In this document: one piece after another, positions 61,492-64,000 of the stretch
Numbering within the stretch: position 1 is the stretch's first letter
Layout: each line of letters starts with the position of its first letter
Translations under genes and position numbers: made by a program
Assembly (NCBI GenBank): GCA_018711135.1
Contig: DVIS01000031.1
Coordinates: forward strand, 17,840-81,839
Reading direction: 5' to 3'
DNA: 64,000 nucleotides
Source of the DNA: Candidatus Onthousia faecavium
Lineage (GTDB): Bacteria; Bacillota_I; Bacilli_A; RF39; UBA660
The notes under the pieces: model-generated
The model's database searches: none
Told to the model about the DNA's origin: nothing
Seen by the model: the letters and a program-made list of their open reading frames with translations, nothing else

Positions 61492-62880
61492 ATGGATAAT
61501 CGTGAAAACGAAGTTGTATATTTACATTTAGATGATATAATTCCAAATAGATTTCAACCACGACAAGTCTTTGATGAAAAAGCCTTAAAAGAGCTAGCAG
61601 TCTCAATCAAAGAACATGGTGTCATTCAACCAATTATTGTTAGAAATATTGGTAATAAATATGAAATAATTGCTGGAGAACGCCGTTATAAAGCCTCTGC
61701 TATGGCTGGACTTACTACTATTCCTGCTATTATTAGAAACCTAGATGATAAAGAAAGCAGTAAAGTTGCTTTATTAGAAAACTTACAACGAAAGAATTTA
61801 AATCCTATAGAAGAGGCTAAAACCTATCAAAAAATACTAGAGTTAGATCAAATGACTCAAGAAGAACTAGCTAAAACTATGGGAAAAAGTCAAAGTGCTG
61901 TTGCTAACAAACTAAGACTTTTAGCTTTAACTCCAGAAGTTCAAGATGCCCTTTTAAAAGAACAAATTTCTGAGCGCCATGCTAGGGCTCTATTGAACGC
62001 TCCTGATCCTGATACTCAGAAAGCCCTTTTAAAAGAGGTTATAGCTAATAAAATGACAGTAAGAGAACTAGAAGAAAAGATTTCTCCTAAGAAAAGCTCT
62101 GAAATAACAAGTGAAGATTTAAATAACATTTTAAACCCAGCACCTATTAATATTAATTCTAATAGTACACCTAATCTTATCAAAAACAGTAGTCCTAATA
62201 ATGATTTTAATCAAAATGTGGGTATAGATTATTCAACGCCACCAAAGTTTATTGATTATGGTATTCCAAATGTTGGTGGCTCTTTACAAAGTACTGCTGA
62301 TAAACCAATAGACATTAATGAATTAAAACAAGAAGCAAAAGATATAAATATTGAACAACCAAAACCAAATATGGATACCTTCTTGCAAGTTGGTCCTAAA
62401 GATAACACTCCAAAAGAAAAAGAAAATTCTAACTTTAAATTTTTTTCTCCATTTGAAGATAATCATGAAGAAAAAAAAGAAGAAACTGATTCTAAATCTT
62501 TAGAGAATGCTTTTGATAATTTAAGTCCTTTTAGCCTAGGAGGAGAAACAAAACCTTTAGAAGATACTACCAGTACCTCTATGGATAATCTTTTAGCAGG
62601 AGTTGAAAATAAACAAGATCAACCTTCTCCTAATCCTCCATCTTTTGATGCTTTCAATAATCCTTTCGCTAAAAATCCTATTTTTCAAGATAATGTTCAA
62701 TCTTTAACAACAAGTCAAGTAAACAAACCTAAATATACCTTAAACGAATCCATTAATATTGTAAGAGATAGTGTTAAAAAAATAGAAGAAAGTGGTTTCA
62801 AAGTAGATGTAGAAGAGATGGATTTTGCTAGTAACTATCAAATTGTAATTAAAATCTCTAAAGAAAATAACCCTAACTAA
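61492..62880 (+). CDS. noc: Noc/ParB-like nucleoid occlusion protein with a long low-complexity insertion
   Basis: ParB N-domain (IIPNRFQPR, IIAGERRY), HTH (KSQSAVANKLRLL), Noc-like C-terminal dimerisation segment. About 200-aa N/P/S/D-rich linker. Positioned rsmG-noc-parA-parB as in Bacillus. Confidence 0.65.
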   Translation: MDNRENEVVYLHLDDIIPNRFQPRQVFDEKALKELAVSIKEHGVIQPIIVRNIGNKYEIIAGERRYKASAMAGLTTIPAIIRNLDDKESSKVALLENLQRKNLNPIEEAKTYQKILELDQMTQEELAKTMGKSQSAVANKLRLLALTPEVQDALLKEQISERHARALLNAPDPDTQKALLKEVIANKMTVRELEEKISPKKSSEITSEDLNNILNPAPININSNSTPNLIKNSSPNNDFNQNVGIDYSTPPKFIDYGIPNVGGSLQSTADKPIDINELKQEAKDINIEQPKPNMDTFLQVGPKDNTPKEKENSNFKFFSPFEDNHEEKKEETDSKSLENAFDNLSPFSLGGETKPLEDTTSTSMDNLLAGVENKQDQPSPNPPSFDAFNNPFAKNPIFQDNVQSLTTSQVNKPKYTLNESINIVRDSVKKIEESGFKVDVEEMDFASNYQIVIKISKENNPN

Positions 62881-62977
62881 AAGTAGATTGAATCTACTTT
62901 TTTTTCCTAAAATAGTTTTCATAATCCCTAATTTTTGATACAATAATTAAGACTAATAAAAGAAGAGAGTGATAAAA

Positions 62978-63766
62978 ATGGCAAAGGTAATTTCTTTAGT
63001 AAATCAAAAAGGTGGAGTAGGAAAGACCACAACAAGTATTAACCTTTCTGCCTCTTTAGCATTCCTTGGCAAAAAAGTATTATTAATTGACCTAGATCCA
63101 CAAGGTAATACTACAACAGGAGTAGGTATTAATAAAGCAGATATAAATTTAAGTATCTATGATGTTTTAACCAATAAATGTAGTACTAAAGAAGCAATGA
63201 TAAAAACTAAGTATAAGAAATTGTATGTTTTACCAGCAACTATTAATTTAGCTGGTTTAGATATTGAACTATTAGAAAAAAGTCAAAGTGAAAAAGGCTT
63301 CGCTAAAGGAGCTCAATTGAAATATCATCTTGAAGAACTAAGTGATGAAAACTTTGATTTTATAATTATAGACTGTCCACCTTCCTTAGGACTAATTACC
63401 ACAAATGCTTTAACAGCAAGTGATTCTGTTATTATACCTGTTCAATGTGAATTTTTCGCCTTAGAAGGAATAATGCAATTACTTAATACGATAAGACTAG
63501 CTCAAAAACAATTAAATCCTAATCTAGATATTGAAGGAGTACTTCTAACTATGCTTGATTCAAGAACAAATCTTGGTTTTGAAGTTGTAGATGACATTAG
63601 AAAATTCTTTAAAGAAAAAGTATATAATACCATCATTCCAAGACTAATTAGATTAACAGAAGCTCCTTCTCATGGAGAGCCTATAATAGTTTATGATCCT
63701 AAAAGTAAAGGTTCAGAAGCCTATTTAAATTTAGCAAAGGAAGTGATTGATCGTAATGGAAAATAA
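62978..63766 (+). CDS. parA: chromosome partitioning ATPase ParA/Soj
   Basis: deviant Walker A KGGVGKTT; start ATG 62978 has a GAGAG RBS. Confidence 0.85.
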   Translation: MAKVISLVNQKGGVGKTTTSINLSASLAFLGKKVLLIDLDPQGNTTTGVGINKADINLSIYDVLTNKCSTKEAMIKTKYKKLYVLPATINLAGLDIELLEKSQSEKGFAKGAQLKYHLEELSDENFDFIIIDCPPSLGLITTNALTASDSVIIPVQCEFFALEGIMQLLNTIRLAQKQLNPNLDIEGVLLTMLDSRTNLGFEVVDDIRKFFKEKVYNTIIPRLIRLTEAPSHGEPIIVYDPKSKGSEAYLNLAKEVIDRNGK

Positions 63767-64000
63767 AAGAAAAGCCCTAGGTAGAGGGTTAGAAGAACTA
63801 TTTAGTAGTGAACCATTAGATATAGCTAAAGTGGAAGAAGAAATAATCAATAATACTCCTAAAGAACAAATTACAGAGATTAATCTTGATGAATTGAGAA
63901 GTAATCCCTATCAACCTAGAAAAAACTTTGATGAAGAAAGTTTACAAGAACTAGCTTCATCTATTAAGACTTATGGTGTTTTTCAACCCATTATTGCTAA
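63756..64000 (+). CDS. parB: chromosome partitioning protein ParB/Spo0J (5' partial; continues beyond the window)
   Basis: MENKRKALGRGLEELF...LRSNPYQPRKNFDEESLQELASSIKTYGVFQPIIA ParB N-terminus; overlaps the parA stop. Confidence 0.75.
   Translation, partial: MENKRKALGRGLEELFSSEPLDIAKVEEEIINNTPKEQITEINLDELRSNPYQPRKNFDEESLQELASSIKTYGVFQPIIA

Overview
This window is the origin-of-replication neighbourhood of a very AT-rich, endospore-forming Firmicute-type chromosome, shown in reverse orientation relative to the usual Bacillus map. Gene order largely follows the Bacillus subtilis origin-proximal map. On the minus strand it runs gyrA, gyrB, recF, a ComK-like gene, dnaN, dnaA. oriC follows, with DnaA-box clusters on both sides of dnaA. 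On the plus strand come rpmH, rnpA, yidC, jag, a hypothetical gene, mnmE, mnmG, rsmG, a Noc-like gene, parA, and a partial parB. Downstream on the minus strand the order is dnaX, ybaB, recR, bofA-like, holB, ricT, yabB, rsmI, pth, mfd, spoVT, metG, tatD, a yabE-like 3D-domain gene, ksgA, yabG, veg, spoVG, yabP, yabQ, divIC, tilS, ftsH, mscL, dusB, lysS, clpC, cysS. Departures from that backbone are the most interesting content. (1) A seven-gene island at about 21.6-26.8 kb sits where rnmV lies in Bacillus. It encodes a SipW-type (ER/archaeal-type) signal peptidase, four tandem paralogous secreted proteins carrying SipW-cognate signal peptides (TasA/CalY-like), a fifth divergent membrane-anchored paralog, and two small membrane proteins. 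This looks like a multi-subunit TasA-like fibre system of a kind not described before. (2) A 1.4 kb non-coding, repeat-rich region lies between gyrA and a short SRP RNA. It contains a duplicated SRP-RNA promoter module, a family of six near-perfect palindromes (core ATTATTTCCCGGGAAATAAT, with compensatory palindromic flanks), and a second palindrome, TGTTTCACGTGAAACA, in three copies. (3) A frameshifted ISAs1-family transposase lies between metG and tatD. Further items are a ComK homolog in place of yaaA, a Noc-like ParB with a roughly 200-aa disordered insertion, a T-box leader ahead of metG, and a 12-bp promoter tandem repeat. No rRNA, tRNA or CRISPR array was seen.
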